DNA from: Lophium mytilinum
Lineage: Eukaryota
DNA: 64,000 nucleotides
Assembly: GCA_010093605.1 (NCBI GenBank)
Contig: MU004185.1
Span: forward strand, 331,334-395,333
Direction: 5' to 3'
Below the pieces are notes generated by a model, which worked only from the letters and a program-made list of their open reading frames with translations, was not told where the DNA came from and did not search any database. The position numbers were made by a program, and so were the translations under genes. Below are positions 34,182-47,846 of this stretch, piece by piece. Numbering within the stretch: the first letter of the stretch is position 1; each line of letters opens with the position of its first letter.

Positions 34182-35093
34182 ATGCCCACTGCCGCCCGCA
34201 AACCCGTCCGAACTCGTCAGCCTTCGAACCTTCCAAAGGCAGAGCCTACGAACCCGCATCGATTACTGAGGCCTTCGCAACCTCGCAACCTGCAGACCAG
34301 CCAACCCGAAACGAACGCTTTTGAGGCGCTGCCAGCCGAGTTACGAAATGAGGTGTACTTCCACGCACTTGTTGTCGAACCCTTCAACGTAGTAATGGAC
34401 GATCAAGGCCGCGCCCGGATTCCTGATGCGGAAAAAGAGGCCGCTGCTGCTCTGTCGTCTTTCGGTCTGAACCGCGGGATCTTCAACGAAGCTAAGAGCG
34501 TCTTTTGGGCCGAAAACAAGTTCCGCATTTCCTATGGCGGAAAGGTTTCCACCGCCGCTGCGCGCCTATTTTTCCAGAAAACTGGGACTTCTGGACGAGC
34601 GTTGATCCAGCGTCTAGAGCTCATCTACACCGACTTCGCGCCATTCAAGGGCACGACAGATCTCAGATCACGCGAGTTGTCTCTTACCATGAACTATGTA
34701 AGCAACATGCTGGGCTTCTGCAAGCACGTCAAGTTCTTGCATCTCGATCTCCCTCTCTGGCGACTGTTCGGTGACGATCGGTACCCTGAGTATATGAAAG
34801 AGTACCTTGACGATCTTTCCCGGAAACCGAAGCACAACCTCATGACAAAGGGCCATATACGCCTTAGAACAGGACTACTGTCATGCTCAGTCACGGAACT
34901 TCGACGCATCAATACACTACAGATTCTGGAAATAACTTGGATGGAAATTAAGAGACAGTCTCCCACCCTACAGCAGCTGCATTTTGACCAGTTTCTGGCT
35001 GAAAATCGACAGGAACTCGAAAAAGGTGTCACCGAGTACTTTCGCTCTCAAATGAGGCCGGGTTGCGAGATTGTGATTAAGAAACAAGGATAA
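34182..35093 (+). CDS. F-box-like family paralog D (more diverged)
   Basis: FEALPAELRNEVY, FNEAKSVFWAENKF, LEITW and MRPGCEIVIK give the same motif order as A-C. Confidence 0.8.
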   Translation: MPTAARKPVRTRQPSNLPKAEPTNPHRLLRPSQPRNLQTSQPETNAFEALPAELRNEVYFHALVVEPFNVVMDDQGRARIPDAEKEAAAALSSFGLNRGIFNEAKSVFWAENKFRISYGGKVSTAAARLFFQKTGTSGRALIQRLELIYTDFAPFKGTTDLRSRELSLTMNYVSNMLGFCKHVKFLHLDLPLWRLFGDDRYPEYMKEYLDDLSRKPKHNLMTKGHIRLRTGLLSCSVTELRRINTLQILEITWMEIKRQSPTLQQLHFDQFLAENRQELEKGVTEYFRSQMRPGCEIVIKKQG

Positions 35094-35350
35094 TTGAGCC
35101 TCCGCCAAGGACGACTACATTGCCCGAGCAGTGTCTCGCGTTCCTTTCCCAATGAGCGCTCGAACAACGTAACTTACCCCACACACGACGGAAGTCAACA
35201 CCATGGAGATCGAGCTGCCTCTACCTCAGTTCGTATCTAAAGCTAAAGGTTGCCTGGCCAGTGGGATCGAGCGAACAAGATCAAAACTCAAACACGGCAG
35301 CATACACGCGCTTAAGCGAATCGCCTCGACCACCGTCTCCCCACTCTCTC

Positions 35351-35792
35351 CTACGCCACAACTTTCAACTCACAACCCCCCAACCTCTCCTCCAAATACC
35401 TTACCACCATCCCCTTAAACCTTTCCTTCGTCCCCGGCGCCTTCCAACTTGAAACAATCATCCCCCCGGCCCCCTCCTCCAACGGCACCCACCTAACCTC
35501 CAACACCCCCAACCCAACCCGCCCCGCAACCGCAACCAGCTCATCCAACACCTCGGAAGGCCGCAGTCCACCTGCAGAGCAGCCAGCAGATCCATAGGTT
35601 CGGCTATAATTCCACAGCGCCTCCACAAGATCCAAGTCCACCGCCAACGTCTTCAACCCAGCGCACAGCTTCAGCAAATTGACAACGCGTCGGAACATCC
35701 TATTTTGGGTTGAATTTCGGCCTTTTAACGGTATCAGCCATCACAACGAACATTCTTCGCTTTTCGATCCTTCTCTGGCTCGTTCGTGGCAT
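35351..35792 (-). CDS. Truncated F-box-like family member (C-terminal half only)
   Basis: LLKLCAGLKTLAVDLDLVEAL...LEVRW...YLEERLGGCELKVVA matches the C-terminal half of A-D. Possible short first exon MPRTSQRRIEKRR with intron ~35751-35700. Confidence 0.5.
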
Positions 35793-36323
35793 TCAGCGTA
35801 GCTACTGGAAAACTCTAGGCGTTTTCGGGATGATTTTTGATAAGACTGAGACAGTGTGCGTAAGTTGAGAATGGAAGGTAAGAGAGACAGCAAAGCATTT
35901 ATTTTGTAGGTGTGCGCTTGGCCGCATGACCGGGTACATTAATAAGAGCAGCATGATTCGAGTGGGATCGTTCCAAGGGTGTAGTGTGCTCTGTTACGGT
36001 ACCCCATTATACAATGCTCTGAACCATGGTTGCCATCGTGGCGCGGTTAAAGCCTAGAAATGGATACTACGATTGGACTGAACACAGCCATGCTGAAGAG
36101 CACGAATTGAACATCAAAGAAGCCGGTTTAGATAGTGAGGAACGCGACTTGGATAGAGAGGATGATATAGTATATCTGGCCAAAAGGTTGGGATTTTTAT
36201 CAACAAGAGAGAGTGAGAGAGATCCTACTACGACTGCTTTCCGCCTCTCACTCTCAGGCTGAGCAAACGCTACTTATGTGCCATTGACATGCTACAAAAG
36301 CTGTATCTGACGGGAATTTTATA

Positions 36324-38336
36324 ATGGTGATGAAAAGGAGAAGTGGGAAGGGACGTCCCGCCGTTGCCGAACTCCGAAAGCCCCGCTGGCGCAGGGTCCA
36401 CCAGCAAACGTCAGCCCCATTCCAGCTGATCCCCCACCACGAAGCTCCATTCTTTGTCCCTCCACGACAACAAAACCCAGTCAATCAAATGCAACCTTCG
36501 CCTGAGCGCATTTCACAAATAGCAGCGTTGCAGGATGCGAAAGCCGCCGCACGCAAAGCGGCACAGCCAGACTCGCAGAACGAGGAGGAAGCTGCAGCGG
36601 CACAGTTGATCCAGAAGAACTATAGAGGGTACCGGGAACGGCGGCAACTGGCGGGAATGGGGTTAGACCCGAGTACACGATGGGTTGAGGTGAGCTCCTT
36701 TTTCTTTGCTTTGATTTGCTTCACTCTGCGTTTTGCCTACTTTATGACTATGACTGTAGCTGATTGCTGACAGGCGATCAAAGAAGGTCAGACTTCCCGT
36801 TCCCCGTTTATCGACTCGTATGATCAAGCACTAAACCCTCTAAAGCTCGGTGGAGAAAGGCCACCCGACCGATCTCGCGCAAAGAACGATCTAGTCCGGC
36901 AGTAGTAACCAACAACGCGGAATCTCGGTCCCGAGCAGAATCAGACGCGGCTAGACAGACATGGAAGCGTGTAGGGGAGATAGCACGGAGGGCAGGCGGA
37001 GACGATCCACCAGACGAAGAAGATGAGAGTGAGATGACCGAGGAGCAACGGGCGGAATACCACAGGAGGAGGGCGGAGCAGAAGCGAGAGCGAGAGAAAA
37101 CGGCGAAAATGATGGACCTCCAGTATTTCTTGGAGATGGTGGACCAGAAACATCGGTATGGGTCAAATCTGCGGGCGTACCACGAGCAGTGGATGAAGGA
37201 TGGCTCCAACGAGAACTTCTTTTACTGGCTGGACAAGGGCGCCGGGAGGAACGTGGAGCTGCCGACTGTTTCAAGGGAGCGCTTGGAGAAAGAACAAGTG
37301 CGGTATCTGTCTCGAGAGCAAAGGATGCAGTACTTGGTGAAGATTGACAACGAGGGACGGCTATGCTGGGTAAAGAATGGGGAGAGGATCACCACAAGCA
37401 CCGATTTCCGGGATAGTATTAATGGCATAGTGCCGAAAGACGACAAGACGCCTATGTTCGGCTCTGATGAGGCTGCGCTGCATAGGAGGAGCACGTCGTC
37501 ATCATCTTCATCGAGTTCGTCGGATTCGGACTCGGAAGCAGAGTCTAGCCAGATCGAAGGCGAGCACTACGTGAATGAAGACCTGAAGAACGCGAAAGGA
37601 CTCAAGAAGATCAAGCATGTTTCTGCAGCTACAGTACTCAACCACCTACTCAGGGGTTCAGTCAAACCGAATTCATGGATTTATGTAAGTTGGGGAGGCA
37701 TAAACCATTGGCAGTGCAGATGTTGACGATCACTAGGTTGCAGATACGTCGTTTCGTCTCTACATCGGCATAAAGCAGTCCGGCGCCTTTCAGCACAGCT
37801 CCTTTCTCCACGGGGCCAGGATATCAAGTGCAGGACTCATCAAGATCAAGAACGGCCAGCTACGGCGTCTGTCCCCACTTAGCGGACATTACAGACCTCC
37901 GACTGCCAACTTCCGGGCCTTCGTGCACTCCTTGAGAGACAACGGGGTTGATATGAGCCGCGTTTCAATCTCGCGGTCTTATGCTATCCTCGTCGGACTT
38001 GAAATGTACGTGAAGACAAGGAAGAAGATCAAGCATGGCGTGGAGCACGCTGGGGATCACAAGGATAAGGTGGTGCATCCAGAAGAGGTCAAGAAGAGAG
38101 AGGAGGAGCAAGTAGACAACAGCAAGAGTGCGCAGAAAGAGCGACAATTACTGGCCTCTGCGGAAAAGCAGCATGAGGAAGCGAAGCGACAGAACAGCTT
38201 CCGCAGCAAGTTCATGCGGAAGCTGAGGTTTGGGTCGGCCTCTTCGAAAGAGGATTTATTGAAGCCGAAAGACAAGCCTGTGAGCCAGCCCGGGCAGGAC
38301 GTGGAGAGTGGGATACCACCCGCGGGGAAGAGATGA
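36324..38336 (+). CDS. IQ calmodulin-binding motif protein (IQM-like), multi-exon
   Basis: AAQLIQKNYRGYRERRQL IQ motif; YFLEMVDQKHRYGSNL; FFYWLDKG; GAFQHSSFL; SPLSGHYRP. Includes a 13-nt micro-exon at ~36774-36786. The start may instead be the ATG at 36489. Confidence 0.9.
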
Positions 38337-40209
38337 CAGCTTGGTGGTTGCTGATCTTGCCTATAGAACTCTTAGATGATTGCTTTGTGTTTATGATATC
38401 CCTTAATGCATCAGGCAATATAGAGCCTGAAACGGGCTCAGCCACGTGACCCAAATATATCCAGTCCAATTGTCCTTCGCGACTTTTACGATCTCTATGA
38501 AGAACGCTTCTCATGCTATATCAAGGACTTTGACGCGTTCGTAAAGAATGTTCAATTATGATTCACGCATTCTTTTAGAAATATCGCTGAGGAGACGCTT
38601 TCGTCACGTGAAAGTAGCTAAAAGTACTAGAAAATGAACTCAGCAGTCAGATTGACTGTCAGATGAACTGGGCAGCGAACTTCAGAAACGTAATCATGCC
38701 CAGTCTCACGCAAGAGAATCCGTATTGCTTTCATCGACGCGCGTAAAGTTGGCAAGGTGGTGATGGTGTGCAGTGGCGTCATAGCTAGCTTCAGGTTCCC
38801 GCATTCCAACGTCCGAGTCAACCACATCCCCTCTGTAATTTCCACAGCAACATCGTGAGACGGTCGCGCCTGTCCCGCCTCCCCGAGCCGTGTGCTATTT
38901 TGCTGTCAGCCGCGTCGCGATGCAGGGCCCGTCCTCGCTGGGGGGAACTGCGGTGATGTTCAGGGCATTCCGCCATGCCTCCGATCCACGCGGCACAGAC
39001 TCGCCTCCACATGCAGGCCCCTTGGCCGATCGGCGCGTGTACGGGATGGGAGTCAAACGGCTGCTTGCCCACACAGGGTTGGACGGCCGGCTGACATGGA
39101 TCATCCCGTGCTCTCCAGCCACATCATCGTCATCAGGCATCACGTTGGAGACGTCTTCCAACTTTTGCTTGGACCGCGAACGCCTGCTGCGAGGATTGCG
39201 GCAAGGTTACGAGCGATCGACGTGCATTATACTTTCTTATAGGCTGCAGATGCCTGTCTGGGAGTGCAGAGTGCAGCAGAAATGCAGTCCCCCGGCCCCG
39301 TGTGCCAGTATCCCCCTCCCTGGTGTTTGGGAGACCTCCTCCAGGCCCGCAGATCACTCTTCTTGGTGAGAGAACTGTTCTTTGCTCATCCGTTTCTTTT
39401 CTTGTCATGCGATTTAATCACTCCAATATTTCTTCTATCTGTTCATCATGCAGCGGCTCATCCAGAATGCTTGTGCTGCTGCTGCCAACTGCGCAAGAAC
39501 ACGGCACGGAACCTCTCCCGTCTCATCTTTCCCTACCCCGTAAGCGGTAGGAGGTCGGAGAAATAGAGTATCAAGCCTAGGCTCGATCTTCATGGCCTCG
39601 CCCCCAGCCATGAAGGCTGCAGGTGCAAGCGTATCGACGATTTGTAGGGATCATCCCCCCAAACCTGCCCAGCCACAGCTCCACAACCGTCCCACGATGC
39701 CGGAAGCTGTTCATGTCGCACCACAGCACCCCGGCGCGATACTCAAGCCCCGCTCGATGCTGGTGTTGTGACGCAATGCCCGCCAGAAGCGTAGAGGGCT
39801 CTCCAACTTCTGACCATCCAGACCGGGCAGCGACGCCTCTCGCACGACGCGACGGCGCCATGCCAGCCGCAAAACAAGTTTCCCATCCCTCCTTCGCCAT
39901 GGGCCCCAGACATTGAGGCGCGAGCTCCCCTGTCGCACACCATGCACCATCACTGGAGCTCTCCCGACTCTACGTCATTGAGAACGATGGCAGACAATTC
40001 CCTCTTTATGAGTACTTTCCCTGTGTAAATCAACTTCTCTCTATATACATATACGTCGCCAATTGACGTATACTTACATGCCCGCCAATTCCTCTCCTCC
40101 AAGCTACGCTTATTACTCATTCCCCCCAACCCCAAACAGAATATCTCCCATTGCCTCCAGGTCTAGAAGAAACACTCCCCAGACAGACCGCACATCACAT
40201 TCACACACA

Positions 40210-43200
40210 ATGCCCTCACCAGCAGCTGGAAAGGGCGGAGATGCTCCCCGAACTCCCACAAAACTAGGCCGTAAGCCTCAATCGAGTGCCACATCAAAGC
40301 TCGGCCAAGGCACAAAAACCCCACCTACACAGAAATCAGACTCCAAAGCACCGTCAACAGAAGACAAGCCTGATCTACCAGAGCGGCCGTCGGAAGACGA
40401 CGCGAAGGACAAGGCTGGTGATGCCGCAAAGACAGCGGAAGACACAAAGGACTCAGCCGAATCCGAAGCTGAGGACACCACAGGCAAAGTCTCGCAAAAG
40501 GGTGACCTAGAGGAGGCCGAGCCAAAACCAATTGACGACGACGAGGACGACACCATTCTCGGCGCCCAAGACGAAGCTGAGGAGACTGGCGACGACGCCA
40601 CCGAGAAGGCTGGCGACGAAGCCGAAGACACCGCCGAAGACACCGCCGACGACGCCACTGACACGGCAGGCGAGGCCGCAGATGGTGCACAAGATCAAGC
40701 CGAAGGCGGCCTGAAGAGTGCACGAGGACTTGCTGGCAAGGCATCGGGCTTGGCTGGTAAGGCGGCCAAAGATCCAGCAGGAGCTGCCAAGGAGGGCGCC
40801 GACGATGCTCAATCGACTGCTGGCGAAACCGCCGATGAGGCCCAATCGACCGTGGGCGAAACCACCGACGGTGCCGAGGATACCGCTGGCGAAGCCGCTG
40901 AAGGTGTTGAGGGCGCTGCGGACGAGGCCAAGGAGGGTGCCGAAGATACCGCAGGTGAGGCTAAGGAGGGCGCCGAAGAGACTGTCGGTGACGCTAAGGA
41001 AGGTGCCGAAGAGACTGTCGGCGAGCCTAAAGAGGGCGCCGAAGAGACCGTCGGTGATGCCAAGGAAGGTGCTGAAGATGCTACGGGCGAGGCGAAGGAA
41101 GGCGCTGAAGATGCTACGGGCGAGGCGAAGGAAGGCGCTGAAGATGCTACGGGCGAGGCGAAGGAAGGCGCTGAGGATGCTGCCGGCGAGGCCAAGGAGG
41201 GAGCTGAAGAGACCACCGGCCAAGAACTTCCCGAAACCCCCGATCTCTCTATCCTCAAGGGCCTCGAAGTTGATGACGAGGGCCTGATCAAGAATGCTGA
41301 TGGCAAGACCGTCGGTAGACTCGTGGAAGGTGACGCCGAAGACCTCGCTGGATACACCATTGGTGACGAAGGCGAGATCCTGGACGACGATGGTGACCTG
41401 GTCGGTCGCTGCGAAATCACCCCGGAACATGCAGAAGAACTCGCCAAGGAAGCCGAGGAGAAGGATGCCGCCCCCAAGATGCCCGGCCTCGATGTTCTCA
41501 AGGGTCTTACCGTCGACGCGACTGGCCAGATCCTGAACGAGGATGGTGACTTCGTTGGTATACTCGTAGAGGGCGACCCAGCCGACCTTCAAGGCAAGGA
41601 GTTTAACGAGAACGGCGAGATCCTTGACGATGATGGAAACGTCATCGGCCGTGCTGAACTCCACCCCGATGCCGCAGACCTGGTCGACCAGGATGGTGAC
41701 CTCCCCGAAGGTGGTGAAGATGCTGAAGGTGCCGACGGCGTTGCTGGTGAAGCCGGCGAAGCTGTCGATGGCGCCAAAGAGGGTGCCGAAGGTGCCGCTG
41801 AAGGCGCTGAGGAAGGTGTCGAAGGCGTCGAAGACGAACTTCCCGGTGTCGAAGCCCTCGAGGGCAAGGAAATCAACGAAGACGGCGAAATCCTCAACGA
41901 GGATGGCGAAGTCATTGGACAACTTGCTGAGGGCAACATCGACGACGTCAAGGGCCTCACCGTCAACGAGAAGGGTGAAGTCGTCGACTCCGAGGGCAAC
42001 GTTCTCGGAAAGGTCGAGCTCGCCGAGGGTGCTGCTGAGAAGCTCAAGGAAGCCGCCAGTGGTGCTCTTGATATCCGCATCCTCGAAGGACTCAAGGTCA
42101 ATAAGAAGGGCAAGGTCCTCGACGAGGAAGGTGAGGAAATTGGTGAACTCAAGGAGGGCGAGATCAAGGACTGCGCCGGCAAGACTGTCAATGAGAAGGG
42201 CGAGGTTGTCGACAAGGAGGGCAAGGTCCTCGGAAAGGTCGACATCGTTCCCGGCGAGGCTGCTTTCGAGGCCCAGAAGGCCCTCAAGGAGAGGCTTGGC
42301 GAGACTGAACCTCAAGAAGTCATCCCCGAGCTCGACATTCTCGAAGGCTTGAAGGTCAACAAGAAGGGACAAATCCTCAACGAAGATGGCGAGCCAATCG
42401 GAGAGCTCATCGAGGGTGACCTGGCTGCCTGCGCAGGAAAGAAGGTCAACGAAAAGGGTGAAGTCCTCGACAAGGACGGAAACGTCATTGGAAAGGTCAA
42501 GACTCTCCCCCAACAAGCCGAGGAGGCTGTCGAAGGCGCCGAGGACACCGCTGAGGGTGCCGAGGAGGGTGCCGAAGACACCGCCGAGGGCGCTGAAGAA
42601 GGCGTTGAAGGTCCTGAAGAAGGCGTTGAAGGTGCTGAAGAAGGCGCTGAAGGTGCCGAAGAAGGTGCCGAAGAAGGTGGACCCGAACTACCCCCTCTCT
42701 CGGTCCTCGAAGGCCTCACCGTCAACAAGGCCGGCAAGCTTGTCGACAGTAACGGCGTCATTGTTGGTGAGCTTGTGGAGGGCGACGCGAAGAAGCTATC
42801 CAAGTCTGGCATCACCGCCGACGCCGAGGGTCAGTTCTGGGACAACAAGGGACACGTCATCGGACGTGCCCAGACTGTTCCGACCGAAGAGGGTGAGGAG
42901 GAAGCACCATTCGCTGGTCTCGAAGGCCTCATCGTCGTCAAGGATGGTCTCGTCGAAGATGAGAATGGCAACACTGTCGGCAAGGTCGTCGAAGGTGATG
43001 CTAAGAAGCTCATCGGCCGTGCCGTGGACGAAGACGGAGACATCATCGACAAGAAGGGCTCCGTTGTTGGCCACGCCGAGCGCTATGAGGAGCCTGAGGA
43101 GGAAGTCGAGCCGGAGGCTGACCCGGAAGACCTATCCATTCTCGCCGGAAAGGTTGTCAACAAGCAGGGCAACGTTATCGGAGACGAGGGCGTGCCAATC

Positions 43201-45317
43201 GGTCGCCTAGTCGAGGGCAACGCGAAGGAGCTCGCGGGCAAGAAGTGTGACGAGAACGGCCAGATCTGGAACGACTCTGGCAAAGTCATTGGCCGCTGCG
43301 AGTTGATCCCTCTCGATGAGCGTGAGGCCAAGCCTGAGGGTATCTTCGCCGGCCTCGAAGGCCTCCGCGTCGTTCCTGACGGCAAGGTCGCTGATGAGGA
43401 TGACAACATTGTCGGTACCATCGTTGAGGGCAACCCCAAGCGTCTCATCGGTCTTGCTGTGGACGAGGATGGTGACATTCTCGACAAGTACGGCAACGTC
43501 AAGGGCCACGCCGAGCCTCTTGAGGAGGAAGAAGAAGTCCCTGATGACCTCTCGATCTTGGACGGCCTTACACTAAACAAGCAAGGCTTCCTTGTTGACT
43601 CTAACGGCATCCCAGTTGGACGCCTTGTCGAAGGTACTCTCGCTGACCTTGCTGGACGCAAGAGCGATGGTGAAGGTCTCATCCATAACGACACCGGAAA
43701 GGTGGTCGGCCGATGCGAGCTCATTCCCGAGAACGAGCGCGTCACCAAGAAGGAGGGTCCTTTCGCCGGTCTTGAAGGCCTCAGGGTAGTCAAGGATGGC
43801 TTTGTCGAGGATGATGATGGCAACCGTGTTGGTCAAATCACCGAGGGTGATCCCAAGAAGTTGGTTGGCAACGCCGTCGACGAGGACGGTGATATCATCG
43901 ACAAATACGGCAACGTCAAGGGCCACGCTGAGCCATGGGAAGAAGAGGCGCCTCAAGAGGTCGACCTTTCTGCCCTTGCTGGCTGCGTTGTCAACAAGGC
44001 TGGCAACGTCGTCGACTCCTCCGGTACCATCCTTGGTCGCGTCGCTGAGGGTGATCCATCCACCATGATCGGCAAGAAGGTCGATGGGAAGGGTCAGATC
44101 TGGGATAACGAAGGCAACGTCATTGGCCGCGCTGAGCTTGTCAAGGGAGCTCAGTCCGGACCTGAGGGACCTTTCGCCGGCTTCGACGGCAACACGGTCG
44201 CCAAAGACGGTACTGTCCAGACCCCAGACGGCACCATCATCGGACGTGTCATTGAAGGCGATGTCAAGAGACTTGTCGGCCACAAGGTCGATGAGGATGG
44301 CGACATCAACGACAAGAACGGCAACGTCATTGGTAAGGCTGAACGCTGGGAGCCAGAAGAGAAGGAACGTAAGATCAACCCCATGTCTGGCATGCACGTC
44401 AACAAGGAGGGTGAAGTCCGCAACGAGAGTGGTGATATCGTCGGCAGACTCACCGCTGGCGATCTCGGTCACTGTGCGGGTCTTGAGATTGATGACAACG
44501 GCTATGTCATCGACAACGATGGCAACAAGGTCGGCGAAGTCACGCTCCTGGAGAACATCCAGGAAGAGGAGGAAGAGACCGATGAGGACAGGAAGAGGAA
44601 GGAAGATGCCGAGTTGGCCGACAAGATGGCGACCATTTGCCAGCAGACACTCGAGCGAATCCAACCCGTCTGCAAGCAAATCACAGAGGTATGTCTTCCT
44701 ATCATCTCCCTTTCGCGATTTTTACTAACACTCTCTAGTACATCGAAGCAGCCGACCGTACCCCTCGTGATGAGCTCGACGAAGAGGAACTTGTCAACAA
44801 CGTCAAGCCCCTCATCGAAGAAGGCGGTCGTATCCTCAACGAATGCAACGGCTCCCTTCGTGGCCTCGATCCCGATGGCCACATTGCTGCGCAAGCGAAG
44901 GGCCGCGCCGGCACCAAGGAGGCTACACCCGAAGAGTACCGCCTGGCGGATTGCCTCAAGGAGCTCACTGGCACTGTCGTCACTTGCATCGACAACGCGA
45001 AGAAGAAGATCTCCGACATGCCGCATGCCAAGAAGAAGCTCAACCCGCTCTGGGGCCTGCTCACGCAGCCGCTCTTCCAGATCATCGCAGCTGTGGGCTT
45101 GTTGCTCGCAGGTGTGTTGGGCCTGGTTGGACAGCTACTCAGCGCCCTGGGTCTCGGTGGCCTGGTCAACGGCCTGTTGGGTGGCTTGGGCATTGACAAA
45201 TTGCTTGGCGGTCTTGGTCTTGGAAGCATCACTGGTGGTGGCAAGGACAAGAAGAAGAAGGGTGGTGCCGGAGGACTGCCGATCATTGGCGGTCTGCTCG
45301 GCGGTGGTGGGAAGTAA
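40210..45317 (+). CDS. Large acidic DUF3659 repeat / LEA-like protein
   Basis: Many LxGLxVxxxGxVxDxxGxxVGRLVEGD repeats. Intron 44689-44738 leads to the conserved C-terminus (MPHAKKKLNPLWGLL...QIIAAVGLLLAGVLGLVG). Confidence 0.92.
40900..41220 (+). repeat. 33-bp coding tandem repeats (11-aa GEAKEGAEDAT LEA-like units)
   Basis: Near-perfect GAAGGCGCTGAAGATGCTACGGGCGAGGCGAAG copies at ~41065-41180, flanked by variant units. Confidence 0.85.
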
Positions 45318-46033
45318 ATGGCTTCCGGTTTCTTAGGTTGAATTTGTAAGATTTAAGAGGGAAAGTACAAGCGTAAAGCTTCGCGCGTGGGGATGAAGGG
45401 GATGTTTCTTCCACAAAAGCAAGTTTAGTGCTTGATGTATTATGGTATGGGTTGCGTCCGGTATGATATGAGCAAATGACTTTTTCGCCTGTCAGCGTTT
45501 CTTTTGTACTTCATTTGGGTTTTGGATGGGTTGGATTAGGGTTTGTTCTGTATATTATTTACGATAGTAATAGTATTGCATCTTACCTCATATGATTTTC
45601 AACCTTGGTGACGTGACACTGAAAAGATGTATAGTCATTCTGTCTCACTTCGATCTTTTTTCTTTCTTTTTTTCAGCCTTTATCACTTCCTTATCCCATT
45701 CCCCGCTTTCCCACAGCGTTCCAAACTATTCCACCCCCCTCTAAACTTAAACCAGCCTAACGCTCCACTCGCTTCTATCAATAGCCGAAGCTATCAGCTG
45801 ACAGCGCGGCCGCGCGCGTCGCGCTACGTCTAGAACCAGCTCGATCGACGCTTCTCCGGGCCGCGATGAATGCTCGCTGGCGGGGTAAGAGCTTCTTTTC
45901 ATCCCGATTGCTACCCGCGACCTCCTTCTTTCTCTTCAACCCAACACCAAGCCTTTGCAACACTCAGAAACACATTCATCCACCGCACAACATACCACCC
46001 AATCCTAACCCCACTTCGATCAGCATACTCACA

Positions 46034-46529
46034 ATGGCCAAAGGCGACTCCACATCCTCCAACGCCGCGTCCCAGTCCTCCTCCGGCGCCGCGTCCTCGA
46101 GCGCTGCTTCTAGTGCTGCCTCGGGCTCGAGCTCAGGTGGGGGGTACACGACTACCAGCTCGGGGGAGAATAGCCAGGTATGTCTAACCCTCAGTCGTTC
46201 CTCTTTCCTCATCCTCCCTCTTAATGTTCCCCAAACTCGAAAAGCAGGGTACTAATAAGCGCCGGGAAAAGGGCAACCGCTACTGCGCCCGCGACTACGG
46301 TGAAAGCGCTAGCAATCAGAATTCGTACCACTATTCGAACACGTGAGTTGCTATTTCCGTACTCTAGGTTTCGCTGCCCGCACTCCAGTGACGCTATTCT
46401 AGTTTCTCTGCGCTGAAGCTGACGTTTTCGGGTGGGTTTAGGGATGAAAGTTATTACTACTCCAACTCGGATGGGAGTACGTATTATAATGATGGGAATG
46501 GGGGGTCGCGGTATTCGCGGGATGGGTAG
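46034..46529 (+). CDS. Small conserved Ser/Gly/Tyr/Asn-rich fungal protein, 3 exons
   Basis: MAKGDSTSS...YTTTSSGENSQ|GNRYCARDYGESASNQNSYHYSNT|DESYYYSNSDGSTYYNDGNGGSRYSRDG* after removing two GT-AG introns. Confidence 0.8.
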
Positions 46530-47846
46530 GAGGCTTACGCTGACTTGATGTGAGAGATGGCTGTGCTTGGGTTGAGCGAGGTTGAGAGATGGGGAGAGCA
46601 GGGCTTGCTAAAGGAGACGTGTAGCTGGTGTTTATGAGCTCGACAACTTCAGGAATGAATTGAACGTCTAAACCCCGATCTTGAGTGTGATGCAAAAACG
46701 AGTGATGCGAATGCTCAATCGCGTGCGATAACGTGATGTGTGACTAGAGAAATCCAGGACAAGGAGGAGGAGCTTCTCCCAGCTCGGCGATCAAAATGAA
46801 TCTTGAAGATTTCGATATGCTCGCCGGGCTGGGAGAAGTAGCAACAGAGATCTAGCAACATCTCATGGGTCCTACTGGTGGTGTGAAGATCAATTCCTAG
46901 ACGAGTACTCCGATAATGGTTGGAGAGCGTGGTGTGTGATCCCTCACGCATTGGTACTTACCGGTATGTGCAGTAAATCAGGATGGAGTAGATCGCCATG
47001 GTGGAGTGTCATGCTTTGGGGGTGGTGGTGATGGGGAACATTACAGCGAGTTGGTGCGCGTTGTCTTTGGGGGGTGCTGCGGTTGCGGATATCCTTGAGG
47101 GCTGGCGCTGGAGATCCTGGGTGGAAGTGATGGTTTCCTTGTTCAAGACAAAGGTGGTGAGAAGCATCATCGTCTATGGCCCAGCTCCAAACACCCCTCC
47201 CCATAGAACAAATCGGCGTGCAGTCTTTTCCCGCCTCCTGGAGCCATCATATTCGAACTCCGGCATTGTTGATCCAACCCATCCAGCTCTCTCAGTTCTC
47301 CAGAGGCCATTGGCATCTTGAGGAAGCTATCTTGAACCTATTCCTCCCCTTGCTGCCATGGAGCTATTCCAGTACATGACGTTGGTTTTATACCTCTAGG
47401 AGCCGCCAAGCCTCGCAGTGCAGACGTGATACTCACATGCCTTTTGAGCGGAAAAGTAGAGTGAAGGGAACGCATCACGTGCTCGTCTCCGGCGGACAAT
47501 ATAGTACCAAGACGGAAGTTTTGGACCCTCTTTGCGACTGCTTTAGGTGTCTAATAGGCTCTTAAATCTGCAAATAGAATGCAACATTGGGAGAGCACAG
47601 CGGAGGGGTGGAAAGCGTAGATTTCAGGCTACAAAATCCAGGGGCTTTGGAGGGGGACGATGATGAGGCTGAGACGGATGGTTTTTAGTGGCGGCAATCT
47701 ATCTTACGTCGTATAAGGTTGTGGGGTCGATACAAGTTCAATCCGATATTTGCGGTGGAGAAGGAGAACTTGCCGATGGATGGATAGATAGGTAGTTGGA
47801 GAGATTCCTTACGAGTTATGGTATGTGTATCCTAATCGTACGTGGC

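Noticed and set aside
36026..36262. 78-aa acidic ORF
   Set aside because: No motif or other support; may be a chance ORF.
38600..40060. Short ORFs upstream of the DUF3659 gene
   Set aside because: Looks like a long promoter region; the ORFs lack coding signatures.
40278..45286. Long antisense and alternative-frame ORFs over the DUF3659 gene (also 13236-14714 over PTR2 and 56336-57316 over the dioxygenase)
   Set aside because: Shadow ORFs caused by strong codon bias of the real gene; no recognisable motifs.
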